A stretch of DNA of 64,000 bases from an uncultured Planctomycetota bacterium (GCA_963823665.1 CAWGMQ010000004.1:1568001-1632000), one strand, 5' to 3'; numbered from the stretch's first letter, positions 19,541-31,242 are shown. The notes: generated by a model from the sequence alone, not told the origin. Program-made: numbers and translations.

Positions 19541-20112
19541 GAGAAGTCTCCCAGGTCGAGCTTGGTGTATGTGAATGGATCATCCAGGCGACCGCCATTG
19601 CGAAACTTCTCCATGGGCATCGGGTAGTGGCTCACGAGTGTGAGGTGCACCTTGGAGGCACCATATTTCCGGCAGAGATGGCGGGCGTAGGACCGGTACC
19701 ATGGCGTGCGGTCATCGACCGGCGCGATGCTGATGTGCTCGGTCAAGAGCAGATGCCGCTGATAGAGCAGGCGGGGCCACAGCGTTGGGTCGGGAATCCG
19801 GCCGGTGACGCTGGATCCATCGGGTCGCACCGCCTCGAACTCCATGAGCATGCTCGAGGAGGGCTCAGGCGCGTAGAAGTTGAACCCGTGGTTCAAGAAC
19901 AGGAACTGAACATAGGGATGGAAGAGCTGCCACGTCGCCAGCACGTAGCCAGCGGCCGGCCCGATCGTTGCGGCCGCGGCGATGATGGCCGTGAAATGCA
20001 GCACGACCCAGACGTTGATGCAATAACGCAACAGCCGGTTGGGCAGCTTTCGCGATGACGTCTCGGGTCGAGACGGCTCCTTGATCGGAGTGCGGGTGTC
20101 GCCACGTTTCAT
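19525..20112 (-). CDS. Hypothetical membrane-anchored protein overlapping the HTTM gene (DUF5819/SdpA-like)
   Basis: N-terminal TM, PYVQFLFLNHGFNFYAPEP; 16-nt overlap with the HTTM ORF. Confidence 0.7.
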   Translation of the reverse strand: MKRGDTRTPIKEPSRPETSSRKLPNRLLRYCINVWVVLHFTAIIAAAATIGPAAGYVLATWQLFHPYVQFLFLNHGFNFYAPEPSSSMLMEFEAVRPDGSSVTGRIPDPTLWPRLLYQRHLLLTEHISIAPVDDRTPWYRSYARHLCRKYGASKVHLTLVSHYPMPMEKFRNGGRLDDPFTYTKLDLGDFSCDEP

Positions 20113-20336
20113 CAGACGATCCTCTCTTTTCTGGCATTTGCCATCGATCGGGCCATCTTGGCGTCAGAACGGAAGGAAGTCGAGCAGCGGGATAGGTCGG
20201 ACCACAGAGCGACTTTCCTGGCCGGGATTGGAGAAAACGTTGCGTGTCCGAGATCATTCGTTCTTTTTGCGGGCACAGGCCGTATAATGGAGAACCGGTG
20301 CAAATCCACGGCTGTCCCTCGCGAGGAGCAGGCGTC

Positions 20337-23300
20337 ATGAGCTCGGCGACGCAGGCGAAACCGTACGGCAAATTGCTCGATTACGAGCAATTCATCGACC
20401 ACCAGATCCAGCGCACTCGAAGGCGGATCAAGGTCACCGATATCATCACCGCCAGCCTCACGCTGCTGGTGGCTTTTCTCGGCGTCCTGTTCCTTGAGGT
20501 CGTTCTCGACCATGTCGTGGGGCTCCACGTCGTGTTGCGCCGAATCGTGCTCGCCGCTGGCTTCGCGAGCGCATGCATGTATGCAGCCATTCGCGTTGCG
20601 ATGCCGGTGTTGCGTCGAATCAATGGGATTTACGCCGCGAAGACGATTGAAGACGCCGACTCGGCGTTCAAGAACAGCCTGATCAATTACCTGGAGCTTC
20701 GCAACTACCGGAGCCAGATGCCGAAGGCGATCATGGCGACGCTCGAAGCGCGGGCCGTGGCCGACCTGGCGCATGTTGAGGTCGACACCGTCGTTAACCA
20801 GCAGCGATTGATTCGGACGGCGTATGCGCTTTCGGGCGTGATCGTGGTGTTCTGCCTGTACGCGGCCCTTACACCCAAGAGCATTCTCGACTCGACCCGC
20901 CGAGCGTTCCTGGCCGACGTTGTGCGGCCGACGAATACGCGACTGGTCAACGTGAAGCCGGGGAGCGACCCCGAGCTATCCAAGGTGGTCGCCGGCACGC
21001 CCGTGCCGTTCGCCGTCGACGTGCAAGGCGTTCGGCCGCGAAACGTCGTGCTGCATTTCAGCGTCGACGGCGGCAAGTTTTTCGCCGTCCGAGATTTCGC
21101 CGCCGGTAGCCATCTTTACGATCCCTGGCAGGTGACACTCACGAATGTTCAGCAGAGTTTGGAGTATTACCTCACCGGCGGGGATGCTGAAACGTCGCGC
21201 TATCACCTTGAGGTGCTTCCGGCCCCGACCATCACGTCGATCACCCACGACCTCGCTTTCCCGAAGTACACCAAACTTCCGCCACGGACGGGCGTCGAAG
21301 GCGGGATGATCGAGGCAATCGAGGGGACCACGGTCACCATCCACGCCAGGACGAACATGCCGGCCACGATGGCAACCCTGAATCTCGCCGGTGATACTGC
21401 GCTACAGATGACGATTGACCCCAATGACGCCACCATCTTGACCAAGGATTTCAAGGTAAAGCCGCCCGGGAAGACCCCGACATATACCATCAATTTCCGC
21501 ACCACAGGCGGCCAGCACAATCCGAGCCCCGTCACCTACGACATCCTCTCAATTGCCGACCGGCCACCCACGGCGCGGTTCATTCAGCCCGACAAGCCGG
21601 CGATCAAGGTGCCCGCCAACGTGAAAGTCGACCTGGTCGCGACCGGCAACGACGATCACGGAGTGAAGCAGGCGAATCTCACGGTGCTTGCCAACGATGC
21701 GCATCTGTTCACGAAAGACCTGCTTGAAGGCGTCGAGCCCAAGCCCGAGTTCCGCGTCGTCGAAACGCTCGATCTCGAAAAGCTCCGCATGAAACCGGGC
21801 TCGACGATCCAGTACAAGTTGACTGTCTGGGATAACAAGGACCAGAATTCGAACAAGATGGAGACCGCGCTCCAGCTTATCGAGGTCATCGATCCGGTGG
21901 CCGCGCCGGAAAAGAAAAAGGCCGAGGAGGCCCTGAAGAACCGCGAGCAAGCGGATCCTTCGTCTAACCCTCAGGAGGAGCCTACTCCGGAAGAATCGCA
22001 GCCGAGCGGCACACCGAACGAGCAGGATGCGAAGCCAGACTCGCAGCAGGGGGGCGACAAAGCCGGCGCGAGCAGTGGCAAGTCGAATGAGGCAGGCGGC
22101 GACAAGGCCGACGGCGGCAAAGCGGACGAGACACGCGAAAACGATAAAGGCGAAGGAACCGGGGACAACCAGAACCAGCTCACGAACGACAAACAAAGAA
22201 AGCTCGAAGACATCCTGCGGCGCCGGCCAAGCAAGGAGAACAGTCAGCCCGGTAAAGAGAACGACGCGACGAACTCGCAAGATAAACCCGGCACCGAGCC
22301 CAACCAGGCGGATAAGTCCAACCCCTCAGCGAACGCAGGCAAGGACAATCGAGAGCAAGACCGCACCGACCCCGCATCGGCCAACAAGAAACAGCCCGGC
22401 AAGATGCAAAATTCGGGGCGAACCAATCCGCAAGGCGGCCCACCGTCATCCGGAAACGACGAATCGAACGGCGCCGACAACGAGGTCAAGCGGGGAGAAC
22501 AGTCGAAGGGCCAATCAAAGTCAAGCACCGGCACTGGGAACGACAACAACAGTGGCAAACAGCAGCGGAACGGCGAGCAGCGTAAAGAGCCGGCCGGCGA
22601 TCAAGCCGAGAACAACAATCCACCGAACCAGGGCAAGGACGGCGACGGGAAGAGCGCCGCCAAACCAGGTGATCCGGCGCAGGAGAAACCGCGCGGAGGC
22701 AACGAGCAGGAAAAAGCGGCGAATAATAAATCGTCGCAAAAGGATAAGTCCGATTCCGCGAAGCCATCCGGCGGTGGAAAGAACGGAGACGGCGACGGAA
22801 AGTCCAGCGGAGCGCCCGACGGCAAGGGGAATCGCGACGGTGAGCAAGGTGCCGGTGCCAACTCGGAACAGAACAAAAAAGCAGACGCAGCGGACAACGG
22901 CACAAAAGCAGGCCAGCCCAAGTCGAAGACCGAGAAAAACGCGCCGAACGAGGAAGAACGACGGCGTGACGAAGACGCAAAGAAGGGTGGCGAAAAGGGC
23001 GGTGACAATCGTCAGGCTGGTGGTGGAGAGGGCGGTGAAAAGGGCGGCGATCAGCAGCAGGCCGACAATCAATCGGGCAAAAACGGCCAGCCGAAAGGCG
23101 CTGCGGGCAAATCGAAGACCGAGAAAACCGCGCCGAACGCGGAAGAACGACGGCGTGACGAAGCCGCAAAGAAGGGTGGCGAAAAGGGCGGAGACAATCG
23201 TCAGGCTGGCGGAGAGGGTGGTGAAAAGGGCGGCGATCATCAACAGGCCGACGATCCATCGGAAAAAAACGGCCAGGCGAAAGGCGCTGCGGGCAAAAAC

Positions 23301-25778
23301 GGTGAACAGGGTGGCGGCAATCCCAAGGACGGCGTGCGAAAGAACGACGAATCAGAGCGTCCGTCCACCAAGAAGTCCGCGGATGAGAAGGCGCGCGAAG
23401 CGAATCGGCCTGAGAATCAAGACGGCCAGAACAAGAAAATGACAGGCCAGGGTGGTCAGGAAGACGGCACCCCCAAGAATCGCAAGGAAGGGTCCGACTC
23501 TGCGTCGCGCGATAACAAACCCAAGACGACCGGAGGCAGTGACGCCAAGAGCGCCGGCGACGCTTCAAACGACGCGTCGAAGTCGGGCAACGAAGGCGAC
23601 GCCAGCAACAAGTCGAACAAGACGGGCTCGAACGAGCGCGGCAAGGCTGGAGATCCAAAGAACAAGTCGGAGCAGCCGCGGGCTTCCGATCGAGACACCG
23701 ACCGCCAGATGAGCAAAAACGGGAGCTCGGACAACTCCGACGGAGAGAACAAGAAGACGGACCAATCGACACCGGGCGGCGAGAAGAAATCGAGCGCCGC
23801 GAAGGGCGACCGCTCCAAGACCAGCGCCAAGGGCTCGGACGAGGGAACAGAAGGCGCCAAGAATGGAGCAGAGCAGGGCGGCCAATCCAAGAACGGGCAG
23901 CCGGGGTCGGACAAACCCCAATCCGGCAGTCCCAAGAACGCGAACGGGCAGCAAGGGTCGAACCCGAAGGACGGGAATCCCGACAATGCGACCGAGAGCG
24001 AAAACAAAGAGACTGCTCGCGAATCGGCCGCGCCGAAAGATGCGAAGCCGGACTCGCGTGAGTTGACCAAAGACGGCCAGCCACCCCCGAAGGGCGCAAG
24101 AACCGAACAGGGTGAGACGCCGCGAGACCGGCGCAAGGACCGCGATGACGGCGCGCGCAAGGGCGACGACGATCGTAGCAAGAACGATGACACGAACATG
24201 AAACCCCAGCCGGGTCTACCCGACACCAAGGAAGATGGGGCTCCGAGCGCGAATCCGCAGAAACGCGATCAAGCGCGGATGAATCGCGGCGAGAACGGCC
24301 AGCAGCGGAAAGCCGACGATGCCGCGCCCGAGCGGTCGCCGCAAGAAAAGAATCGTCAGGCGGCCGAGACGCCCAGACGCGACGGTCAAAAGAAAGCGTC
24401 GGAAGATGCGAAGTCGCGCAAGGAAGACGACAGCGAGCAAGCGCGACGCTCGCTGCAGCCAGGCGAACGCGACAAGGCGAAAACGAAGAAGGACCGGCTC
24501 CCAGAGGATGATCCCCAGAAGCAGGACCGGGAGCGGACTCAACAGAAGAGGGATCAGTTCCCGGAAGGCCAGCCCAAGAAGCAGAACCTGGACCCGACCC
24601 AAAAGCAGAACGACAAGCCGGTCGATCCGAATCAAGATCAGCCGACGGCCAGTAACAAGGACAACAACGATCAACAGCAGAAGATGACCGATCAACAAAA
24701 GAACGACCAGAACGGTGAGTCTCCGCCACAGCAAGGAAAGCAAGGACAGCAAGGCAAGCAGCAGGGTGGAGGGCAGGGGAAACAGCAAGGAAACCAGGGC
24801 TCGCAAAAGGGCGGGTCGTCGGAGGATGGCCAGGGCGGTACCAACAGCACTCAGCCGGGCAAGGGCGCGCCGTCCGCGAGCGGATCGGAAACCGGCCAAG
24901 CCGGGGCTGAGGGAAAGAGTCAATCCGGGTCAAAGGGCGAGGAAGGTGCCGAAAGCTCCTCGACCGGCGGCCAGAAGTCGTCGTCCGGCTCGAAGGGGGG
25001 CAAGGAGGGCGGTGAGAACTCGGGCGACGCCGGTTCAAAGGGCCAGGCATCATCGTCCGGGTCGAAGCCTTCAGAGGGTGGAGAGTCTGGATCTGAGTCG
25101 GGGAACAAATCCTCCTCGGGTGGCGAGAAGAGCGACCAATCCTCGGGCGGGAATTCGAGTCAAGGCGGCAAGTCTGGGCAGGGACCGTCGGGCAAACAAC
25201 AGAGCAGCGGCGGCGCGCAGAGTAATCGCGGCGGTGGCGGCGGCCCGGGCGCATCGAGCTCGGGTGCAGAGGGGAAGGACGACAGCAAGGAGTCACCTCA
25301 AGCCAAAGAGCCGGACGACCCCGGCAAGGGTCTGGTGGCTCCCCCAGGAAACGAGCAAAGCGAGCTGACTCTGAAGAAGGTTCACGAATTGCTGAATGAC
25401 CCGGCCGCGCTCAAGGATCTCGAACAGCGAGATGGCATCACGCGCTCGGAGATCGAACAATTCGCCCGCAAGTATGAAAAAATCGCGTCGCCACCGGCGG
25501 GACCAGGGCGCGAGATCAACGTGAAGCCGGGCGAGCAAAAGCCGGCACTACCGTCGCAGGACCTTCCCGAGCTCAACCGTTCCCTGCCGTTCTCGACGAG
25601 GACACAAACCGACCGCGGGAGCATGCCGCAGGATCAGATTGCGAACAACCTCGAGGACTTGCGGTTCCGGCCGCCGCCAGAGCTGCGCGGCAAGCTCTCG
25701 GATTACAACAACAGCCTCGCCAACAAGTTCCCGGGCGGCAAGCGCCCGGCTGCTGCGAAGGCGAAGAACGGCAAGTAG
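20337..25778 (+). CDS. Large membrane-anchored protein: N-terminal TMs, beta-rich domains, ~1200-aa polar disordered tail (DUF4175-like architecture)
   Basis: GAGGAG upstream; three hydrophobic segments; long G/K/Q/D/N/S-rich region; C-terminal RPPPELRGKLSDY. Confidence 0.85.
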   Translation: MSSATQAKPYGKLLDYEQFIDHQIQRTRRRIKVTDIITASLTLLVAFLGVLFLEVVLDHVVGLHVVLRRIVLAAGFASACMYAAIRVAMPVLRRINGIYAAKTIEDADSAFKNSLINYLELRNYRSQMPKAIMATLEARAVADLAHVEVDTVVNQQRLIRTAYALSGVIVVFCLYAALTPKSILDSTRRAFLADVVRPTNTRLVNVKPGSDPELSKVVAGTPVPFAVDVQGVRPRNVVLHFSVDGGKFFAVRDFAAGSHLYDPWQVTLTNVQQSLEYYLTGGDAETSRYHLEVLPAPTITSITHDLAFPKYTKLPPRTGVEGGMIEAIEGTTVTIHARTNMPATMATLNLAGDTALQMTIDPNDATILTKDFKVKPPGKTPTYTINFRTTGGQHNPSPVTYDILSIADRPPTARFIQPDKPAIKVPANVKVDLVATGNDDHGVKQANLTVLANDAHLFTKDLLEGVEPKPEFRVVETLDLEKLRMKPGSTIQYKLTVWDNKDQNSNKMETALQLIEVIDPVAAPEKKKAEEALKNREQADPSSNPQEEPTPEESQPSGTPNEQDAKPDSQQGGDKAGASSGKSNEAGGDKADGGKADETRENDKGEGTGDNQNQLTNDKQRKLEDILRRRPSKENSQPGKENDATNSQDKPGTEPNQADKSNPSANAGKDNREQDRTDPASANKKQPGKMQNSGRTNPQGGPPSSGNDESNGADNEVKRGEQSKGQSKSSTGTGNDNNSGKQQRNGEQRKEPAGDQAENNNPPNQGKDGDGKSAAKPGDPAQEKPRGGNEQEKAANNKSSQKDKSDSAKPSGGGKNGDGDGKSSGAPDGKGNRDGEQGAGANSEQNKKADAADNGTKAGQPKSKTEKNAPNEEERRRDEDAKKGGEKGGDNRQAGGGEGGEKGGDQQQADNQSGKNGQPKGAAGKSKTEKTAPNAEERRRDEAAKKGGEKGGDNRQAGGEGGEKGGDHQQADDPSEKNGQAKGAAGKNGEQGGGNPKDGVRKNDESERPSTKKSADEKAREANRPENQDGQNKKMTGQGGQEDGTPKNRKEGSDSASRDNKPKTTGGSDAKSAGDASNDASKSGNEGDASNKSNKTGSNERGKAGDPKNKSEQPRASDRDTDRQMSKNGSSDNSDGENKKTDQSTPGGEKKSSAAKGDRSKTSAKGSDEGTEGAKNGAEQGGQSKNGQPGSDKPQSGSPKNANGQQGSNPKDGNPDNATESENKETARESAAPKDAKPDSRELTKDGQPPPKGARTEQGETPRDRRKDRDDGARKGDDDRSKNDDTNMKPQPGLPDTKEDGAPSANPQKRDQARMNRGENGQQRKADDAAPERSPQEKNRQAAETPRRDGQKKASEDAKSRKEDDSEQARRSLQPGERDKAKTKKDRLPEDDPQKQDRERTQQKRDQFPEGQPKKQNLDPTQKQNDKPVDPNQDQPTASNKDNNDQQQKMTDQQKNDQNGESPPQQGKQGQQGKQQGGGQGKQQGNQGSQKGGSSEDGQGGTNSTQPGKGAPSASGSETGQAGAEGKSQSGSKGEEGAESSSTGGQKSSSGSKGGKEGGENSGDAGSKGQASSSGSKPSEGGESGSESGNKSSSGGEKSDQSSGGNSSQGGKSGQGPSGKQQSSGGAQSNRGGGGGPGASSSGAEGKDDSKESPQAKEPDDPGKGLVAPPGNEQSELTLKKVHELLNDPAALKDLEQRDGITRSEIEQFARKYEKIASPPAGPGREINVKPGEQKPALPSQDLPELNRSLPFSTRTQTDRGSMPQDQIANNLEDLRFRPPPELRGKLSDYNNSLANKFPGGKRPAAAKAKNGK
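22920..23300 (+). repeat. Internal 189-bp tandem duplication in the large protein
   Basis: KSKTEK.APN.EERRRDE.AKKGGEKGGDNRQAGG...KGAAG twice. Confidence 0.85.
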
Positions 25779-25812
25779 TCCACATCCCTCGTGGGAGGGT
25801 GTGTGCGCAACC

Positions 25813-27479
25813 ATGGCGATCGCTGTTCCGCTCCTGCGCCGGTACCTCGTGGGCTTCGACCCAAAGGAGCTGCCGCACCATTTCACCGATGTTCTGATCA
25901 TCGGCGGGGGGATCGCGGGGTTTCGCTGTGCGCTCGGCCTGCCAGACTCATACCGCGTGCTGGTCGTTACCAAGGACGAGCTGCGCGAGAGCAACAGCCA
26001 CTATGCCCAGGGCGGCATCGCAAGCGTGCTCGATCCCGACGACCGGTTCGACAACCACATCGCCGACACGCTGTCGGCCGGCAAAGGCCTGTGCGATCCC
26101 GAAATCGTCGAGATGGTCGTCCGCGAGGCGCCCTACCGGATCGCCGAGCTGATCGGCTGGGGCACTCATTTCGACGAGGCCGACGGGCACGTCTTGCTCG
26201 GGCTCGAAGGGGGCCATTCGCATGCGAGAATCGTTCATGCCCTGGGAGACGAAACCGGGCGTGAGATCATGCGCGCCGTGATCGCCAGGGCCCGAGCCCG
26301 GTCGAACATCCGCATCTGGAAGAACAGCTTGACGGTCGATCTGATCACGCACGAGGGGCAGTGCCGCGGAGTGCTGGTGTGGGATCGACGTCGTGGGTTC
26401 ACGCTGGTCTGGGCGCGGGCCGTCGTGCTCGCGACTGGCGGGGCGGGCCAGCTCTACCGCGAAACGACCAATCCGCCGATCGCGACCGCCGACGGGCACG
26501 CCATGGCGTTTCGAGCGGGAGCCGAGCTGCGCGACATGGAGTTCATGCAGTTTCACCCGACGGTGCTCTATATCGCCGGATCGACTCGGCATCTCTTGAC
26601 CGAAGCACTGCGCGGGGAGGGGGCGTACCTGCGCGACTCGCGCGGCGAGCGCTTCATGCCGGCACTCCATCCCCTGGCCGAGCTGGCACCCCGGGACGTT
26701 GTTTCGCTGGCGATCGCCGCGCAGATGGCCAGGACCCAGCACCCGAACGTCTACCTCGACCTCTCACATCTCGATCCGGAGCGGATTCGCCGGCGGTTCC
26801 CGGGAATCGACCGGCTCTGCCGCAACTTTGACCTGGACATCACGCGCGACACGATTCCCGTCTGCCCTGGCGCCCACTACATGATCGGCGGGGTGATCAT
26901 CGATTCTCACGGCAGGACGACGGTGAACGGCCTCTGGGCCGCCGGCGAGGTGACCAGCTCGGGCCTCCACGGCGCCAATCGGCTGGCTTCCAACAGCCTG
27001 CTGGAAGGACTTGTCTTCGGCAGCCGGGTTGCAGACGACGTGCTCGCCGCGCTCGATGCAGACGGGCCGCGCCCGCTCGAGGTGCCGCCGGTTGAGGCCC
27101 CGCCGATGCGTGAACGCGAGGCGTGGGATCGACCTCGTCGACCTGCGCGAGTCGCTGCGGGCCCTCATGTGGCGGCGCGTCGGCATCACCCGCGAGGAGG
27201 CCGGGCTCAAAGAGGCCTCGGAGCAGCGTCGACCACTGGGGCCGTTATATCTTACCACTTGAATTTGATGATATCAGCGGATGGACCATGCAGAACATGC
27301 TGCTGGTCGCCCGGCTGATGATCATCTCGGCAAGCCTGCGCCGCGAGTCGCGCGGCGTGCATTATCGCCGCGACTTTCCCGAAACCGATCCGGCGATGAA
27401 CGAGCACTTGAGCCTGACTGCGATTCCTGCCGATAGGGCGGTTGTGGAGAGGCAAGCCGCGAAGAGCAGTCATTCATGA
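25813..27479 (+). CDS. nadB: L-aspartate oxidase (two apparent frameshifts near 27120 and 27225)
   Basis: GGGIAG, SNSHYAQGGIA, LEGGHSHARIVHA, MQFHPT, GLHGANRLASNSLLEG, RRESRGVHYRRDFP. Confidence 0.92.
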
Positions 27480-28406
27480 TAGGGCGATGGTTCGCCCGGC
27501 GTGGGGTTTGATCCCAGCAAGGAAAGCCGCTTGGTGGTTCCGTTGAGTTGAACCAGCGGGTCGAGCCACCGCTCCTTGGGAATGATGCGCGGCGAGTAAG
27601 CATGCACAAGCTCTGGCCGCGGAAGGCGCACGTTCGCGAGCTTTTCGGCGATCAGGCAGTTGTCCGGCGGCGTCCAGTCGCGCGAGCACGAAGGCGTCAT
27701 CGGTCATCAAGTCGTCGAAGTTCAAGACGCCGGTCCGCATGCCCTCGCGAAGTGCATCGGCGAATTCATTGTAGATGTAGGCTTCGACCGGCCCGGCCCA
27801 CCAGCGGCTGTTCATCGTTTCAAACAGGGCGACGGCCTGGCGGGCCAGGTCCAGGCTGCCCAGAGCCAGCTTGCCGTCAATCACTCGCAGAGATCCGAGC
27901 ACACCGGCCACGAAGTCGGGCTTCACCACGCCGCAGGCCGTGCCGTCGCGCAGGAAATAGTCCAGCCGGTCGGCACAAAGCCAGGGAAGGGGCTGTTCGA
28001 GCAGCGGATAGACTGAGTCGTCATAGAAATTGCTGGGGACAAACCCCAGGCGGGCAATCGCGCCCGCCAGGTCATCGCGGCCGAGCATGAGCGGTTTCAG
28101 CCGCTCGTGATGGTCCTGCTCGTGCGACGTGACGACGAAGTCAACCGCGTGCGAGAAAGCCGTGTGCGACACGTCGTGCAACAATCCAGCAATCTGCTCT
28201 CGAAGTGGAGCGCTCAACCTGCGCAACAGGGCGAATACACCCAGTGAATGCTCAAATCGGGTCACGTCCTTGAACGGAAACGGCAGCGCCGAGGGCCCGG
28301 CCTGATGGATTCCACGCAATCTCTGAAAAGTCTCACAGGCAATCAGATCAAGAATCGCCGGATCCTCGATTTCAACCTCTCCGTAGACTCGATCCTGCCA
28401 CCGCAT
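27474..28406 (-). CDS. HD-domain phosphohydrolase (apparent frameshift near 27670)
   Basis: FQRLRGIHQAG, TRFEHSLGV, GLLHDVSHTAFSH, ADRLDYFLRD. Confidence 0.88.
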   Translation of the reverse strand: MRWQDRVYGEVEIEDPAILDLIACETFQRLRGIHQAGPSALPFPFKDVTRFEHSLGVFALLRRLSAPLREQIAGLLHDVSHTAFSHAVDFVVTSHEQDHHERLKPLMLGRDDLAGAIARLGFVPSNFYDDSVYPLLEQPLPWLCADRLDYFLRDGTACGVVKPDFVAGVLGSLRVIDGKLALGSLDLARQAVALFETMNSRWWAGPVEAYIYNEFADALREGMRTGVLNFDDLMTDDAFVLARLDAAGQLPDRRKARERAPSAARACACLLAAHHSQGAVARPAGSTQRNHQAAFLAGIKPHAGRTIALS

Positions 28407-28679
28407 CCGGACTCAACTCCTCGAGCTCAATGGCCCAGGCAACGGGCCGAAACAAAAACCGCAGCTTGGGTGTTCTGAATGGATCCTCAGGCTGGATGCC
28501 TGACCTTCTTGGACGTCAGGCCCAATGCCTGAGTGACTCCCCACAGGAATGGTTATAGGGGTTGATTCGATTTTCAAGGGTTCCGTCCGACAATCGAGTC
28601 GTTTCTCCTGAAATATCTATCGGTTATGATAGCGGGCCTCGTTCGGAATTCGGAAAAACAGCCTGGGGAGGGCGAACCC

Positions 28680-29771
28680 GTGAACCTATTCAATACCGGC
28701 CGGCACGCGCTCGGATCACTTTTTGTAACGGCTTTATTCCTGGCCGGTTGCGGTGGCGGCTCTTCCAAAACACCCGAGAACGCCGATGCCACGCCTGGGG
28801 CGGCCGGGCCCAAAGCAACCTCGGGCAGCACGATGCCGCGGTTGATGTTCATCACAAATGGCACGTCCGACTGGTGGAACGCGGTCGAGAAAGGGATGCG
28901 ACGACGGTGGCGCCGAGTTCGGGGCAAATGTCGAGATGAGGCGCCCGGATTCCGAGACTGCCCAGCAGATCCAGAAGATTGAAGACGTGCTCAGCCTGCC
29001 CGACGTTCAAGGCGTCGCGATCTCTGTGCTGGAAGCCGATTCGCCGGGTATCGCGGACAAGATGCAGAGACCTGCAAAAAGCCGGAAAGATCGTGATTTC
29101 GATCGACTCCGATGGGCCCAAGGACACACGCGAGGCTTATATCGGCACTAATAACGTCAAGGCCGGGCGAAGTCGCGGGCAAAGTGGCCAGAACGTTGCG
29201 GCCGCAAGGCGGGAAGACGACGGTCTTTGTGGGCACGGCCGCCGCTGCCAATGCGAGAGAGCGCCGCGAAGGCTTCTTCGTCGGTGCGGGCAATTCGTTC
29301 AGCCAGATCGAGATTTTCGAGGATCGGACGGACCACGCCCGCGCCCAGACAAACGTCGAGACGGCGATCAGCAAGTATCCCGACGCCGGCGTGTTCCTGG
29401 GACTCTGGTCCTACAACGCCCACTTCATCGCCGAGGAAGTTTCCAAGTTCCCCGATATACGGAAGAAAGCGACGGTTGTCACCTTCGACATGGATGAGCT
29501 TGCCGTCGACGACCTCGCCAAGGGCAAGATCGACGCGACCGTCTGCCAGAACCCCTACCAGATGGGCTACCTCGCCGTGCGTCTCCTGAAGGCGATCATT
29601 GTGCACGACGACAAGACCGTCCACGAGATGCTTCCTGCGGGCATCGATACGATCGACACCGGCGTGCGCGTGATCGTTCCGAGCAAGGGCTCGCCCGTGA
29701 AGGGCGACAACGTGATCGACATCGATGAAATGAAGAAGTGGCTCGCCAGCAAGGGGCTGAAGTCGTCGTGA
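28680..29771 (+). CDS. Sugar ABC-transporter-type substrate-binding lipoprotein (several apparent frameshifts)
   Basis: FLAGC lipobox, FITNGTSDWWNAVEKG, IDSD...YIGTNNVKAG, LWSYN, VTFD, VCQNPYQMGY. Confidence 0.85.
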
Positions 29772-31242
29772 TCAACCCTTGATCACACCGATCGGGCGCA
29801 GACGAGCGACCTTCTTTGAGATACCCACCTTGTCGACCACGTCGACGACGTGATCGACGTCTTTGTACGCGGCCGGCTGTTCTTCGGCCAGGCCTTTGTG
29901 GCCACGGGCGCGGGCGATGATGCCGATCTTGTCGAGCTCCTGGTCGATGCGCCGGCCGGCGGCCAGCCTGACTGCGGCGGTGCGGCTCATCATCCTTCCC
30001 GCACCGTGGCAGCTCGTGCCGAAGGAGTGCTCCATACTGCCGGATTGGCCGGCGAGCACCCAACTGGCCGTTCCCATGCTGCCCGGGATGATGACGGGCT
30101 GACCGATACCGCGATAGATCGGCGGAATCTCGGCGTGACCCGGCGGAAATGCGCGAGTGGCACCCTTGCGGTGAACGCAGACCTGCTTGACTCGGCCGCC
30201 ACCGACGTTGTGGTCCTCGAACTTGGCGATGTTGTGGGCGACGTCGTAAACCAGGTCCATTCCGAGCTGCTCCCACGTCTTGCCGAAAAACTCTGCGAAG
30301 ACTCAGTCGCGTCTGGTGCGCCAGGAGCTGGCGGTTGCACCAGGCGTAATTAGCGGCGGCGCGCATGGCTCCCAGGTACGACTGGCCCTCCGGGCTGCGC
30401 ACCGGGGCACACGCAAGCTGCGAGTCGGGAAGCTCGAAGCCGTATCGCTTGGGAGCGTTTTTGAACGTCGCCAGGAAGTCGTCGCAGACCTGATAGCCCA
30501 GCCCGCGCGAGCCTGAGTGGATCAACACCGTGATCTGGCCTTCGCGCAGGCCCATCACCTCGGCCGCCGTCGCGTCGTGCACGCGGTCGACGACCTGGAC
30601 TTCGAGAAAGTGATTGCCCGAGCCGAGCGTGCCGCACTGGTCGTAACCGCGGGTGAACGCCCGGTCGCTCACGCGGCCCGGGTCGGCACCCTCGAGGCAG
30701 CCGCCGGCCTCGGTGACGAGCAGGTCGCGGTCGGAACCATATCCCAGGTTGACGACGTACGAGGCCCCTTCGGTCATCAATTGAGTGAGCTTGGTCTTGT
30801 CGAACGCGTAACGTCCGCTCTGACCGACCCCCGTCGGAATCTCTCGGAAGAGCTGCTCGACCAGCGGCCTGATGCGGTCCTTCACGTCGCTCCATTCGAG
30901 GTTCGAGCGCAGCAAACGGACACCGCAGTTGATGTCATAGCCGACACCGCCGGGGGAGATGACGCCGCCTTCCTCAGGATCAGTCGCCGCCACGCCGCCG
31001 ATGCAGAAGCCGTAGCCCCAGTGGATATCGGGCATGGCCAGGCTGGCCTTCTGAATGCCGGGCAGGGTGGCCACGTTGGCGACCTGCTCGGGCCCCTGGT
31101 CGCCCTTGATTTGCTCGATGAGCTTATCGTCGGCGAAGATGATTCCATCAACGCGCATGTCAGGCCGGTAGCTCTTGGGAATTCGCCACTGAAACGGCCC
31201 GGCCGGCTCGAGGGGCCCGCGATATCCACCGGAATTGCTCAT
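29772..31242 (-). CDS. rtcB: RtcB family RNA ligase (apparent frameshift near 30290)
   Basis: MPDIHWGYGFCIGGV, VGYDINCGVR, GTLGSGNHFLEVQ, IHSGSRGLG, HRKGATRAF, SCHGAGR, EE.PAAYKDV. Confidence 0.93.

Noticed and set aside
22486..25296. 936-aa minus-strand ORF
   Set aside because: Shadow of the low-complexity 20337 gene; R/P/S-rich with no motifs.
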